A DNA stretch of 64,000 nucleotides from Eledone cirrhosa (Eukaryota): assembly GCA_964016885.1 (NCBI GenBank), contig OZ024742.1, forward strand, positions 217,682,001 through 217,746,000, given 5' to 3'. Below, one piece after another: positions 12,755 through 24,826 of this stretch. Within the stretch, counting starts at the first letter, position 1. Every line of letters begins with the position of its first letter. Below the pieces are notes generated by a model, which was given only the letters and a program-made list of their open reading frames with translations, made no database searches and was not told the DNA's origin. A program made the translations under genes and the position numbers.

Positions 12755-13697
12755 TATGGAAACAGCAGTTGGAATCAAGAGGACTGAGAGTGAACCTAGC
12801 TAAGACAAAAGTGTTGATGAGTAGAAAAGAGGACAAAACTCTGATTCCGTCAGGGAAATGGCCATGTTCGATATGCAGAAAAGGAACTGGCATAAATTCT
12901 ATAAAATGCACATAATGCAGATCTTGGATACACAAGATGTGTAGCGGGATAGCAGGCAAACTAACAGGTAGGGAGAAATATGTATGCAGTAGATGTACAG
13001 GGAAATTAGACAGTAGAAGTCGCATTGATAGACACATTTTTCAAATGCAGGAGGGTGCTATAGAAGTGGTGGATAGCTTCTGGTACCTAGGAGATCAGAT
13101 TAGCATGGGAGGGGGGTGTTCCGAGGCCATAGTATCTAGAATAAGGACGGGTTGGAAGAAGTTTAGGGAGCTGCTTCCTCTGCTGACGAAGAAGGGTTTC
13201 TCCCTGCGTACGAAAGGCTGGTTATATGATGCCTGTGTGAGGAGCGCGATGCTGCATGGTAGTGAGACATGGACAGCAATTGCAGAGGATATGCGAAGGC
13301 TGGAGAGAAATGAGGCAAGCATGCTCCGTTGGATGTGCAGTGTAAATGTGCGTGAACGACCCAGCATGAATCTGTTGAGAGAGAAACTGTGTCTCAGAGG
13401 GATAGAGTATAGTGTACGGGAGAGGAGACTGAGGTGGTATGGACATGTGTTGCGCATGGAGGATGACCGATGGGTGAAGAAGTACCAGGAAATACCAGTT
13501 GAAGGAAGACGTGGTAGAGGTAGACCACGAAAAACATGGGTGGAGGTGGTGAGAACAGATCTCAGATCGTTGAAGCTCATGGTGGAGATGACGAAGGACC
13601 ATGACGAGTGGAGAGATGCTGTGCTGAGTAAGACCCGTCCCACCCTTAAAAGCAGGGAAGAGCGGACGTAAAATGATGATGATGATGATGATGATGA
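12755..13697 (+). mobile_element. RTE-clade LINE, 5'-truncated, with (GAT)n tail
   Basis: ORFs 12718-12915 and 12937-13671 encode GLRVNLAKTKVL, a Cys-rich insert, FWYLGDQIS, LRWYGHVLR and GRPRKTW. Ends in atgatgatg. Confidence 0.9.
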
Positions 13698-14169
13698 TAT
13701 ATGGTAGCTGGAAAATATCTCATCATCATCATCATTTTACGTCCGCTCTAAATATCTAAAAGGGAAATTAGTCTCCTGATTTTTTCATAGCAAGAGTTTG
13801 TTCCTCCTGCTTCACTTAATGATGTAATTCTCCTTGCATACATTTTGCTCATCTCAAGAGAACATCCTCACATGCTACCTTTATGTCTTCCTATTTTCTA
13901 AAGGCAATATTTGGTCATATTTTTTTAAAATATTTACTTCTGCACACACAAATTGATATTTCTCAGTTTCAGATGATCCCGCTTAGGGTTAATGCAGAAA
14001 ATGATTGCTTAAACATTTAATTTGTGCTAATAATAAATATTTGCTCTACGAGGTAGGGTTTATATATACTTATATATATATATACAACACTCATCGAGTC
14101 TTCTCTGGATTTTGGTCTTTGTATTTATTATTATTACTACTATCCAGTTGTACATGTCAGCAGTAGTAT

Positions 14170-15173
14170 AGTAAGGTGGGCTCTTAGAAACAGGAGTACA
14201 TAAGTGGCTTGTAAGGGCAGTACAAGCCATGTATTGAGGACTTAGTCAGCAAGGTCAGAATTAACAATGACTATAGCAAAGAATTTAGTGCGCAGGTCGG
14301 TGTCCATCAGGGCTCAGTTCTTAGCCCTCTCTTGTTTATTATCACCCTACAGACTATAATAGAGGAGTTTAAGATTTGTTGCCCATGGGACCTTCTGTAT
14401 GCAGATGACCTAACCCTTATAGCTGAATCTATGGCAGAATTAGAGCAGAAATTCCAAATCTGGAAGCATATCCTTGTATCAAATAGCCTTAAATTTAACT
14501 TGTCAAAAACCAAAGTTCTTATATCATCATCATCGTTTAACATCCATTTTCCACACTAGCATGAGTAGTACATGCTGTCCCATTGTGAGACATCCAAGTC
14601 AGAGGACCGTGTTTTTCTAAGGAAAACAGGGCCCCCGATTCCCTTAGAGAAATGGTTTTGTTCAGTGTGCAGAAAAGGAGTAGGTAGAAATTCCATCCTA
14701 TATTCCAAATATGTGGCTGATGTACAAGTGCAGTAAGTAACAAGGGCCCACATGATACTAACTCCTTCAAATGCCTAGATGGCTCTGTAGAAATAGTAGA
14801 TAGTTTCTGTTACCTGGGTGATCAAATTAGCAGTGGAGGAGGGTGTTTGAAACACAGTAGCTGGAGTGAGAAGGGGCTAGATAAAGTTCAGAAAGCTACT
14901 GCTGCTGCTAACTACAAAAGGTTTGCCCTCAATATGAAGGACAGATTGTATGATGCATTATACAAACAGCAATCTTGCATGATATTGAGACCTGGGCACT
15001 GTGTGCAGAGGACCTGTGAAGATTGGAAAGAAATGAAACTTTCATGCTTCGATGGATATGTAATAGAAATTATACATGAATGACAAAGAACAAATGAACT
15101 GAGAGAGAAACTGGGCATAAGAGGAAACAGATGCAAGAGAGGAGATTGTGCTGGTATGGACATGTTATGTGTA
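14170..15173 (+). mobile_element. RTE LINE fragments; the element resumes at 16917-17100
   Basis: VGVHQGSVLSPLLF and LLYADDL motifs at 14300-14520. The 3' part is interrupted at 15173 and resumes at 16917 (tgtatgaaggatgac). Confidence 0.8.
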
Positions 15174-16916
15174 TATAGATAAGATAAGGGGTTAAATTCT
15201 ATCTATATCCTTTACAATTGCATGTTATCATTCTTTGAAGGATCTTATTTATAAGCGATATAATTGAAATACCTTAATCAAAGAGTTGGTAGCTTCTCAT
15301 CGGTAGTAAATGGCTTCTGACTTCCAGGATATAAATAAATAGTTCTTTAACGCTCAATCCTCTATAAATATAATTTTTATTTGTCGAAAAGGAATGTAGG
15401 AGTCATTTTACAATAAATCTTCACGCGTCCGTATCATCTCCTGATCTGTGTGGTCTCTTGAGTGCTGTCTGAGGTTTTTTACCAGAGAGCGAGAGTGAGA
15501 TTGACCATGTATTCATACGCAACTTCCCATTGGTCAGTTTGACCTAATTGCGTATGAAAATGTTGCTATTGCGAGGTGCGACGTAGTTCCTCTACATTAC
15601 CCTCTGCTTAGACTGGAAAGCAGTCGACAACCACTGCGAGTTGTCGTGATGTATGTTGAAGGTAAAGGAGTGTTTGTATGTGATTGTGGTGTTTGTGTTG
15701 GTGCCTGTATTGACACATTGTAGGAGGGGGGAGTATGAGGCTCTGGTTTGAGAGCATCTGTGTAGGCCCGCTTTTGTTGGTCAATAGAGACTGTGTCTTT
15801 ATGTCAATTAAAGTCAATGGTGAAATGTTTATCTGTACGTGCAAGTACGCGATAGGGTCCAGAATAAGGTGGAGTGAGAGGACTTCTCACTTCGTCATTT
15901 CTGACAAAAACATGTTCGGAACCGAAGATTTAATGGTTTGGTGCCTAGTGTTCATAGGAGGCAGGACTTGAAAATACACACGGAAACAGGTCACATATAG
16001 TGTAGGGTCCTGAATAGCAAGGTCAACTAGAGCAAGCATCTGCCCTGGCAGAGATAATGTAGAGCCGTACAAACGCTCGGCTGGAGAGAATCCAAGGTCT
16101 TCTTTTATTGAAGATACCGAATAATACTATGGCGAGGTAGTTGCTCCAATGTAGAGTATCCGGATAGGCACGCCATGCGACCTTTAACTGGCGATGAAAA
16201 CGCTCTACCATTCCATTAGATGCAGGGTGGTAACTGGTAGTCCTGATGCGTTGAGCGCTGATGATATTCAATAGATCCCTGAAAAGTTGGGATTCAAACT
16301 GCCTACCACGATCTGTAGTAATAGTGGTAGGAACCCCATAGTGTGATATCCATCCTGAAACCAGGGCTCGCGCTACAGATTCAGCAGTAATGTCACTAAG
16401 AGGAATGGCTTCAGGCGATCAGGTGAAACGGTCAATACAGGATGTATGAACATCCACGACTGGCAGGCCAAGGTCCCATGTTTTTGCCAATATATAATTT
16501 ATTTACAAACAGATTACAAAGGTTTAGCTGGCATGCCAAAATAAAGTGAATAGACAAATTAAGAGTTTAAGGAGGTACGGTCAACTGGTTGAGGTGTTAG
16601 CCAGGCCCGTAGTGATATTTGTTGCTACATACTGTCTATGCTTGAGGAACAAAATCAAGAGACAAATTAAGAGTTTAAGGCCAGGCCCGTAGTTATATTT
16701 GTTGCTACATATTTTCTATACTTGAGGAAAGAAATCAAGAGATGTTTACCTTGGTGGTGTCGAGCTGCAAGAGAGAGATTTTTGAAGGGAAGCGGAAATT
16801 TTTCCCTTTCGGCGGAAGTTGAAATACATTTCCCTACGCTGGAAGCGATTGGCTGAACTGAGCCAAACAACGTACGGAGAATGTATTTAAGAGCCATCGG
16901 ACTGTAGGTCACTACA
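15174..16916 (-). mobile_element. Ty3/Gypsy LTR retrotransposon remnant inserted in an RTE LINE
   Basis: Integrase fragment RTTSYHPASNGMVERFHRQLK (16023-16271). PPT-like gcagagggtaa next to an LTR start TGTAG at 15596. Flanked by TGTA at 15170-15173 and 16917-16920. Confidence 0.75.
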
Positions 16917-17611
16917 TGTATGAAGGATGACATCTGTATAAAAAGGCGCAGAGCGCTAAAAGTTGATGGAAGCTACGGAAAGGAAGACTTGGGATAAGGA
17001 AATAATAGCTGACCTTTCACAATTGCACCTCTCAAAGGAGATGATACAGGAACGTGATCTCTGGCATTATGCAGTAATACAGAAAACCTGCCTTTCCAAG
17101 TGCATGGGTTGAGATATAGATCTAGTATGCATCACCTTCCCCTCCATCACGCCTTCCATACACCTCCCATGTTGTTACAGCTCACCCACATCTTAACACT
17201 GCACCCACATCCTAACACCCTACACTCCACTCATGTCCTAATACCCCACCATTCACCTATGCTCCAAGATCTTCCTCCCTAATCCTCATGCATGTCCTTC
17301 ACCCAAGTCCCTAGTCAACACTGTTAAGGCGTCGTTTTTGGTGCCACTACAAGCAGCGCCCAGTTCACACTGCAAAGTGGTCATGTAGGTGTCATGACGG
17401 AAAGCACCCAGCCCAAACTGTAAAGCGTGTTAGTGACACTACAAAAGTGCCCAACCCACATTGTAAAGTGGTTGTGTCGGTGTTACGACAAAAAGCACCC
17501 AGTACACGCTGTAAATGTAGTTGTTGTTAGGAAGGCATTCCAGCTATAGAAGCCAAGCCAAAATCAGTTCACTTTGAGCAGGAGACAGTCATTTATATAG
17601 CAGGAAGAGGG

Positions 17612-17647
17612 TCTTAACGTTTCGGACGCTAGTCCTTCATCAGAAGA
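17612..17647 (-). ncRNA. Minimal type I hammerhead ribozyme motif
   Basis: Minus strand: tctt CTGATGA a GGAC tagc GTCC GAA ACGT T aaga. Stem I tctt/aaga, stem II GGAC/GTCC, palindromic stem III. Degenerate family copies at about 33557-33590 (+) and 48270-48305 (-). Confidence 0.7.
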
Positions 17648-18194
17648 AAGAATGAGAAATAAGATAGATTGAGGGGATGGGCGGGTTGGAACTGGAAAAC
17701 ATTTCTTTAGATAAAAATAACAGGTCCATTCATGTTGACATATCCACCTCTCCCATACTCATATTTAGAACAGGTTAGGTGTTGGGAAAAATGGATGATG
17801 TCTTAGTTCTAATATAGACATTTAGTTCATGATTGGCTTTGTTTTAATGAGTGTATTTTTTATAAGTTTGGAATCCAATGGTTTTAGTTGTTTTGTTTAT
17901 TGTCGGTTTTATTTTCTGAATGTATTATTTACATATAGGGCATTCAAAGGTTGCTTTGTGTGTGTTCTGGGTGTGTCTGTGTTCAGATTTGTGTGTTTGA
18001 TGGTCCTACTAGCTCGTTTGCATATATATGTATTTGTATATAGTGTGTGTATGTGTAATGTATGTGATGTGTATGTATATTTAGAGTAGTTACTGATGGT
18101 GAATAGACAGGTTAAAACAATAACAGTCTTATTTACATATATATTTGTACGTCATCATCATCATTGTTATGTCCATTTTTCCATGCTTGGTTGG

Positions 18195-19815
18195 ACAGGT
18201 CCTTCTAAGCATGGCATCTCTCCACTCGCAGCATTTCTTCATCATTTCCTCAGTGAATCACAGCGATTTTAGGTCAGCTCTCAACACCTCTGCTCAGGTC
18301 CTTCTCAGTCTACTTATAGTGTGGTTTACTCCCACTGACATTTCCTGGCACTTCTTCATCCATTGATCGGCATCCATGCGTATCACATGTCCACACCAAT
18401 GCAGTCTTCTCTCCAGCACACCACACCGGATTCCTCTTAAACCCAGCTACTCCCTCAGTTCATCCAAGCTCTACCTTTTTCTCACATTCACATTGCACAT
18501 TGAATGAAGCAAGGCAGCTTCATTTCTCGCCAGTCTACGCATGTCTTCTGCGCTCATTGTCTATGTTTCACTACCATGCAGCATCACACATAGGCATCAT
18601 ACAGTCTTCCTTTTGTATGTAGGGAGAAACATTTCATTGTCAACAGTGGGAGTAGCTCTCTAAACTTCTACCACCCTATCCTTATTCTAGATATTATGTT
18701 CTTAGAGTAGCTTCTGCTGCTAATTAAGTCATCTAGATAGTAGAAACTATACATACTTCCTGTGACTTGAAGAGGTTTATATCATCCCGTGCATCTTCTA
18801 CATTCAAAGTCTTCCTTTCCTGTTATCCCACATCTCTTGTGTACCTAAGATTTACATTGTGTACACTGTATGGAGTTTATGCCTACTCTTTTTCTACATA
18901 TAAAGCAGGGCAATTTCCCTGAGGGGATCAGGATCCTATCTTCTTTCCTACTCACTGGCACAATAGATCGAGATACTCTGTCAAAGGCCTTTTCTAGATC
19001 AACAAAAGCTAAATATAGTGGCTTATGCTTGGCTAGGAACTTCCCTTGCAGTTGCCTCACTAAGAAGAGGACATCTGTAGTACTTTTCCCAGGCATGAAA
19101 CTGCATCTCATCTAATTTGACTCTGTTCCGAATTAGTTGTGTGAGAACTCTTTCTGTCACTTTCATAATTTGGTCCATTAGTTTTATTCCTCTGTAGTTG
19201 CTCACTTAAAGAACATCACCTTTGCTCTTGTAGCAATTTATGATTGTACTGTTGCGTTAGTCATTGTGTATGACACCGTCATGTATTACCTGATTGACTA
19301 TGCAGATTACTAGTTTGACTCCGACTTCTGATGTTTTTAGCATCCCAGCAACTATTTCTGATGGTCTTGCAGCTTTACCATTCTTCATTTCTTTGACCCT
19401 ATAACTGTCAACTTCAATATCTGATCCTTCTGTTGAGTAAGTTGGGGGTAGTTTCTCTTCGTACGATGCATTCTCTACATTCATCAATCTCTCATAGTAA
19501 CATTTCCAGGCTTCTTTCTTTTGGTCATCAGTGATGCAAGTGCAGCAGCGTAATTTCTAACGTATTTTTCCCCAACAACATTTTGATTTACACTAACATA
19601 CTGCTTTGCAATGCAAAACACTTCACATCTCAAGACATTGGCAAACTTTTATTTTTCAACCTCTCTCTGAGCTGTGTATATCTTGACTAGCTTCTCTTTT
19701 AGCTACCTGGTAGTGGTCTCTACTACCCCCATCTTTCCAGACTTTCCATGCTTGTCTTTTCTCTTTAATGGACCTATCCACTGTGCTGTTCCACCACCAG
19801 GTCACTCTCTGTCTG
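18195..19815 (-). mobile_element. RTE LINE, decayed and internally deleted
   Basis: Minus ORFs contain NYRGIKLMDQIMKV, FMPGKST and LYLAFVDLEKAFDRV. Confidence 0.85.
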
Positions 19816-20539
19816 TCTAGCGTTTTAAACCAGCCACAAGTATCATGGTAGTTAACATCCTCTTCTTTTCAACATGGACTAGCTCCAGCAGGGAGATAGA
19901 TGAAGCTCTACTACAGTGGAGGGAGCTAGGTTTACCAGAAGAGGAGAGACTGAAGCAGAAAGTTTTGAACAATCTGCGTTCAAGAGACACCTTCAATGCT
20001 CTTTGATCAATCTGATCAACTTTCCATGAGTGCAACAATCTCAGGGGACTGGGTTGATGCCCTACACATTGCAAACATTGGTAGTCTAGTCTCTTTGCTT
20101 CAAAGCATCGCCTCCGACCCTCTACCGATACTGCCAATCCACCGAGTACGGACGTATACACACAGAATACAGGACAAATATCGCCACACCCACACTCCAA
20201 AACTCTCTTACTTTTTGTGATTTCAAAAAACTTATGAGCTGCCACTCCCAATGTAAGTAAAATAAAAGAGGGAAACGGGTAGGTTGAAGTGATGTTGGAG
20301 AGAAAGTAAGTAGATTGTGCAAGAGGCATCTCTGTAACACAACTCGCAGGTAAAACACAATGCTACAACTTTTAGTTGTTAACGTAAGTGATAGAATAAC
20401 TAAGCTTAGATAAATCAACTGACAATTACATTTCCCTATGCACTACAATCAAGATGGACTGATAAGGGAAAAGACAATTTTATATGTTTCTAAGACAAGC
20501 TACACCACAAAAAAGTAATTGACGTTTTAATCGGAGAGT

Positions 20540-20830
20540 GATTCATGCTTCCGTACATCTATCTACATGTGCGCATAATCGACCGGATGTTCACTTAATT
20601 TTGTCTCTAACATGTTTTCCATGTAATTTCTTCTTAAATTATCTTCATGTGTCGAATAATCCATATTGCTTGGAGCATAGAGTTGTAACCAATCATATTT
20701 ATCTACTATAAGGAGAAAGAACAACTGTAGGAGAAAGAGAGAGAGAGAGAGAATACTGGTAAATAGTCTCTATTCAACACTATGTACTACTACCATCTCT
20801 GGTTTCACAATAATAGCTGTGAGGTATTTA
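20540..20830 (+). promoter_or_regulatory. Putative promoter and non-coding first exon of ZNF gene 2
   Basis: Block conserved at 36000-36296 and 56731-57022. It contains gtgcgcat and an ETS-like ccggatgt and ends in a donor-like AG|GTATTT in all three copies. Function is inferred. Confidence 0.4.
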
Positions 20831-21723
20831 TTTATCTTAAATTTTTTTTTTTATTCAATCGTCTTATTTCTTCTTTGGGGTATTATCGATGGCAAATAAG
20901 CCTTCACTGTAATAAAGTAAAAGTAAACCAACCGATCTGCTGTACCGGATGTTTTGATAATAAATGATTGTAAATAATGAAGTGAATGAAAAAAAAGGTG
21001 GAGTTTCAGGAATTAGTATTCCACATAAATAGCCAGAACATTTAAAAAATTATATTTTTATATTTTTGGAATTCTACATTTGGCGATATCCAATTTTAGC
21101 TGCATAAATGCCGCTTACTTGCTGCAGTTGCTGCTTACTTCAATGTATGAGGCTATTCCAACAAATTTACATTCCCCCTTTTTTTAGCCGTTAAAAGAAA
21201 TATAGATTTATTTATTTTTTTTTTTTGCGATTTATTTGTCACTGGGGCATAGATTTCTTTATTTGCCCCTTTTTTGTTTGTTTGTTTTTTTGCGATTTAT
21301 TAGCCTTTTGGGGTCACACACACCCCCGTAGAAAGTGTGCGACCTTTCTGCCAGGGAGCACAGAGAGAGGGGGGTGCTCCCTTCTTCTCTTACCTGTACA
21401 AGCCGATATAGAGAGATGGCCCACTTACACGGGCCATTATTGCTACTTTCACCCATCTTTCATGGAATTGGCTGGGACTGAGTGCCTTTTTCTCCACCTT
21501 GATCCTTCTTTCGAAGTGGTATCGGAAGAAGAGGACCATTTGTTGGCCGGCGACATATCCCCACAGTTTCCTCGTTGTAAACGCATCTGGGACATTTCTT
21601 TTCCAAGGGGTTTCCGTCCCGGAATCCGTGTCTGTAGAGCCACTCCCGAACGGGCAGGGCCCCTCGGTATAATAGTAAGTATTAGTGGTTGTAATAAAAA
21701 TGCAATCAAAATGTAATAAATAC

Positions 21724-21859
21724 CTTCACTGATTTCTTTCCTTATATTATCAACAGAAGTTGGTATGTCACGCAAAGTTCGCTTTGTATGTTCCCGAATA
21801 GCAGTGAATTTTGATAAAACTGTTTCTAATTCCTTCTCCACAGTAAGACAAATATCCAT
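21724..21859 (-). pseudogene. RMND5: Captured RMND5/GID2-like first coding exon, left arm
   Basis: MDICLTVEKELETVLSKFTAIREHTKRTLRDIPTSVDNIRKEISE followed by G|GTATTT. Resembles the RMND5A N-terminus MDQCVTVERELEKVLHKF, recalled from memory. Confidence 0.7.
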
Positions 21860-22022
21860 GTGTAGTCCAAAAAGATATAAATCTTTAAAAAAATTATAAT
21901 AATTCTTTATTATTATTTTCTTTTTCTGTAAATAATTATTTTTCTATATATCTCAAACACCACACCTGTCCATCTGTAAATTTAAATGACTGTTCTTTCA
22001 TACTTATCCTCTTCAACTACAC

Positions 22023-22158
22023 ATGGATATTTGTCTTACTGTGGAGAAGGAATTAGAAACAGTTTTATCAAAATTCACTGCTATTCGGGAACATACAAGG
22101 CGAACTTTGGGTGACATACCAACTTCTGTTGATAATATAAGGAAAGAAATCAGTGAAG
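22023..22158 (+). pseudogene. RMND5: Captured RMND5/GID2-like first coding exon, right arm
   Basis: Same 45-codon peptide with 2 substitutions, followed by a phase-1 donor AG|GTATTT at 22159. Confidence 0.7.
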
Positions 22159-23228
22159 GTATTTATTACATTTTGATTGCATTTTTATTACAACCACTAA
22201 TACTTACTATTATACCGAGGGGCCCTGCCCGTTCGGGAAAGGCTCTATAGACACGGAAACCCCTTGGAAAAGAAATGTCCCAGATGCGTTTGCAACGAGG
22301 AAACTGGGGATATGTCGCCGGCCAACAAATGGTCCTCTTCTTCCGATACCACTTCGAAAGAAGGATCGAGGTGGAGAAAAAGGCACTCAGTCCCAGCCAA
22401 TTCCATGAAAGATGGGTGAAAGTAGCAATAATGGCCCGTGTAAGTGGGCCATCTCTCTATATCGGCTTGTACAGGTAAGAGAAGAGAGCACCCCCCTCTC
22501 TCTGTGCTCCCTGGCAGAAAGGTCGCACACTTTCTACGGGGGTGTGTGTGACCCCAAAAGGCTAATAAATCGCAAAAAAACAAACAAACAAAAAAGGGGC
22601 AAATAAAGAAATCTATGCCCCAGTGACAAATAAATCGCAAAAAAAAAAAAAAATAAATCTATATTTCTTTTAACGGCTAAAAAAAGGGGAATGTAAATTT
22701 GTTGGAATAGCCTCATACATTGAAGTAAGCAGCAACTGCAGCAAGTAAGCGGCATTTATGCAGCTAAAATTGGATATCGCCCTACATTTGAACATGGAGA
22801 GTTACGATTATCCCCCAAAACATTAAATATCTCAATTCCTGGGAAATGTTTATTTTTGATTACTATTAAATCAAGAGACCTTGCTTAGTTCTTTGGAAAT
22901 AGGTAGGAGAGCTGTAGTTTGTTGTGAGGAAGATTTGGTTGCTATTTCTAGTAAGTCGAAGGATCACGTAGGGATTCAATTGTCCAGAAAAGCAGGTGAG
23001 ATTCAATAGTAATAAAATTAAAATGAACGGTTTAAATCTATTACAATAATTTTCTTTCATCTTTATCAAACGTAATTTCATTTTAGTCATCTAATAATTA
23101 TCTGCTGATACGTGGAAAAGAGATAAATTGATATCAAATATGTGATATTTTTCTTCCTTTCACTAAGAAATCATCCTGAATTTATATTTATGAAAACTCT
23201 TTTCACATTACTTTCTTTTTCTGTGCGC

Positions 23229-23281
<53 letters not shown>

Positions 23282-23286
<5 letters not shown>

Positions 23287-23876
23287 AAAAGAATGAAACG
23301 AAATTTCATTTCTCACTCTTAGTACGGCTGATACTTAAATGTAAGTATGTATACGTACATACATATATGTATACAGACGTACAGTAGTATGTATACATAC
23401 ATGAACACACATATATATATGTACGTATGGGTTTACCGAACATTTATTATAATGTTCGGTTTGTTTGTAAACAAACAGCCCGAATTACGCCGTACAGTGT
23501 TCAGGCAACCATCGTCGCCTTTTTGTTCAACACTGACACAGGACCGATGTACTAGTTTCAAGCTTATTAGCTATCGTCAGCATTGTATACCTTTCTGCCA
23601 GATGATTGAACGTCTGAAAGTATATACTTTCCTTATGCATATTAACGGTTGAGCAGCCTAATTTGCATATCGAGTGAGTTAGTCGGCCGAGCGCACCGAA
23701 AACGATAAATGGAAAAGAATGAAACGAAATTTCATTTCTCACTCTTAGTACAGCTGATACTTAAATGTAAGTGTGTATGTATACGTACATACATATATGT
23801 ATACAGACGTACAGTAGTATGTATATATATACATACATGCACACATATATATATATATATATGTACGTATGGGTTA
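23282..23876 (-). mobile_element. Small terminally redundant hammerhead-containing element (retrozyme-like)
   Basis: Direct repeat of about 165 bp at 23282 and 23709 (427-bp period), embedded in (TA)n. Hammerhead motif at 23545-23585 on the minus strand. Confidence 0.55.
23545..23585 (-). ncRNA. Minimal hammerhead ribozyme motif
   Basis: Minus strand: caatg CTGACGA t AGCT aata AGCT t GAA ACTAGT A catcg. GUA cleavage triplet and palindromic stem III. Confidence 0.6.
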
Positions 23877-24190
23877 TATATATATAGTAATAATAATACA
23901 TGTGAATACTAAAATCCGAAGAGAGCTCGATAAGTATAATTTATATATAAAAATATATAAAAAACCATAGATCCCATTATGGGTGAAAGCAGCGATTCTT
24001 TGATTAAACTTTAATCTGTTATTTTAATATATATATATATACACACACACACAAAATAATTTTGATCAATTCACAGAATATCGATTGTATAACCTGCTAA
24101 ATACATGGACCAACCGGAATACTAAAAATAGCTCTATGTTAAATCTACTAAATAAAATTTTTGGTAAATTTATTGAAAAACACCTAGCCT

Positions 24191-24826
24191 CGATTTCAGT
24201 GGAAAAAACATGTTCTTTCTTGTGCTATCAACTAATCTGACCCCCAAGAAGCCCGCAATCAACTTTTTTCTTTACAATTTCACCCCCTCCCCGCGTGTTA
24301 TTAAGGAATAGGACCCCCAAACTAGTTGGAAACGACTAGATTTTTAGAAAAAATGTGGGCTGTGAAAATCGGAGTTTCGCACATCTACACACTTCTCACG
24401 TTTGGTTGGAAATAATTATCTTTCCTTGTTTTTTTCTAGACCTCTTACATTCTTGCAATCGACTGAATCTCAAAACCTAATTCGAAAACTAACAATAACC
24501 CTAACCTGGGAAAAAATGTCTATTGCTAGCATATAAGATATCCAGTAAACATCAAGGTTAGACAATTATTTCCAAAATGTGTGTAGATCTGCGAAACTCT
24601 GATGGTCTTTTCACCCACCTTTTTCTACGAATCTAGTCGTTTTTGACTGGTTCGGAGGTAATATTCATTGGTAATATGCCAAAAATCGTAAAGAAAACTG
24701 TGAGAGGGAACTTCCCTCACCCCCATTCTCTTTGAAAGAAGTTGATTGTAAGCATCTTGGAGGTCAGATTAGTTGACAGCACACAAAAAAAAAAACAAGG
24801 ATAAAATTTGTTTTCCATTGAAATCG
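24191..24826. mobile_element. Old palindromic MITE/foldback-like element
   Basis: Ends cgatttcagtggaaaa / ttttccattgaaatcg. Internal blocks are mirrored (caactaatctgacc / ggtcagattagttg, aacgactagatt / aatctagtcgtt). Paralog at 38555-39211. Confidence 0.75.

Larger units (their letters stand above)
21082..22781. mobile_element. Foldback-type non-autonomous DNA element with very long inverted arms
   Basis: Arms 21082-21866 and 22016-22781 are reverse complements with a 149-bp spacer. Termini are GGCGATATCC...GGATATCGCC. 8-bp TSD CTACATTT at 21074-21081 and 22782-22789. Empty sites are visible in paralogs at about 36540 and 57270. Confidence 0.92.

Noticed and set aside
21225-21716. 163-aa ORF and its mirror ORFs in the foldback arms
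   Set aside because: No recognisable domain, non-ATG start inside a poly-T run, and the frames differ between arms.
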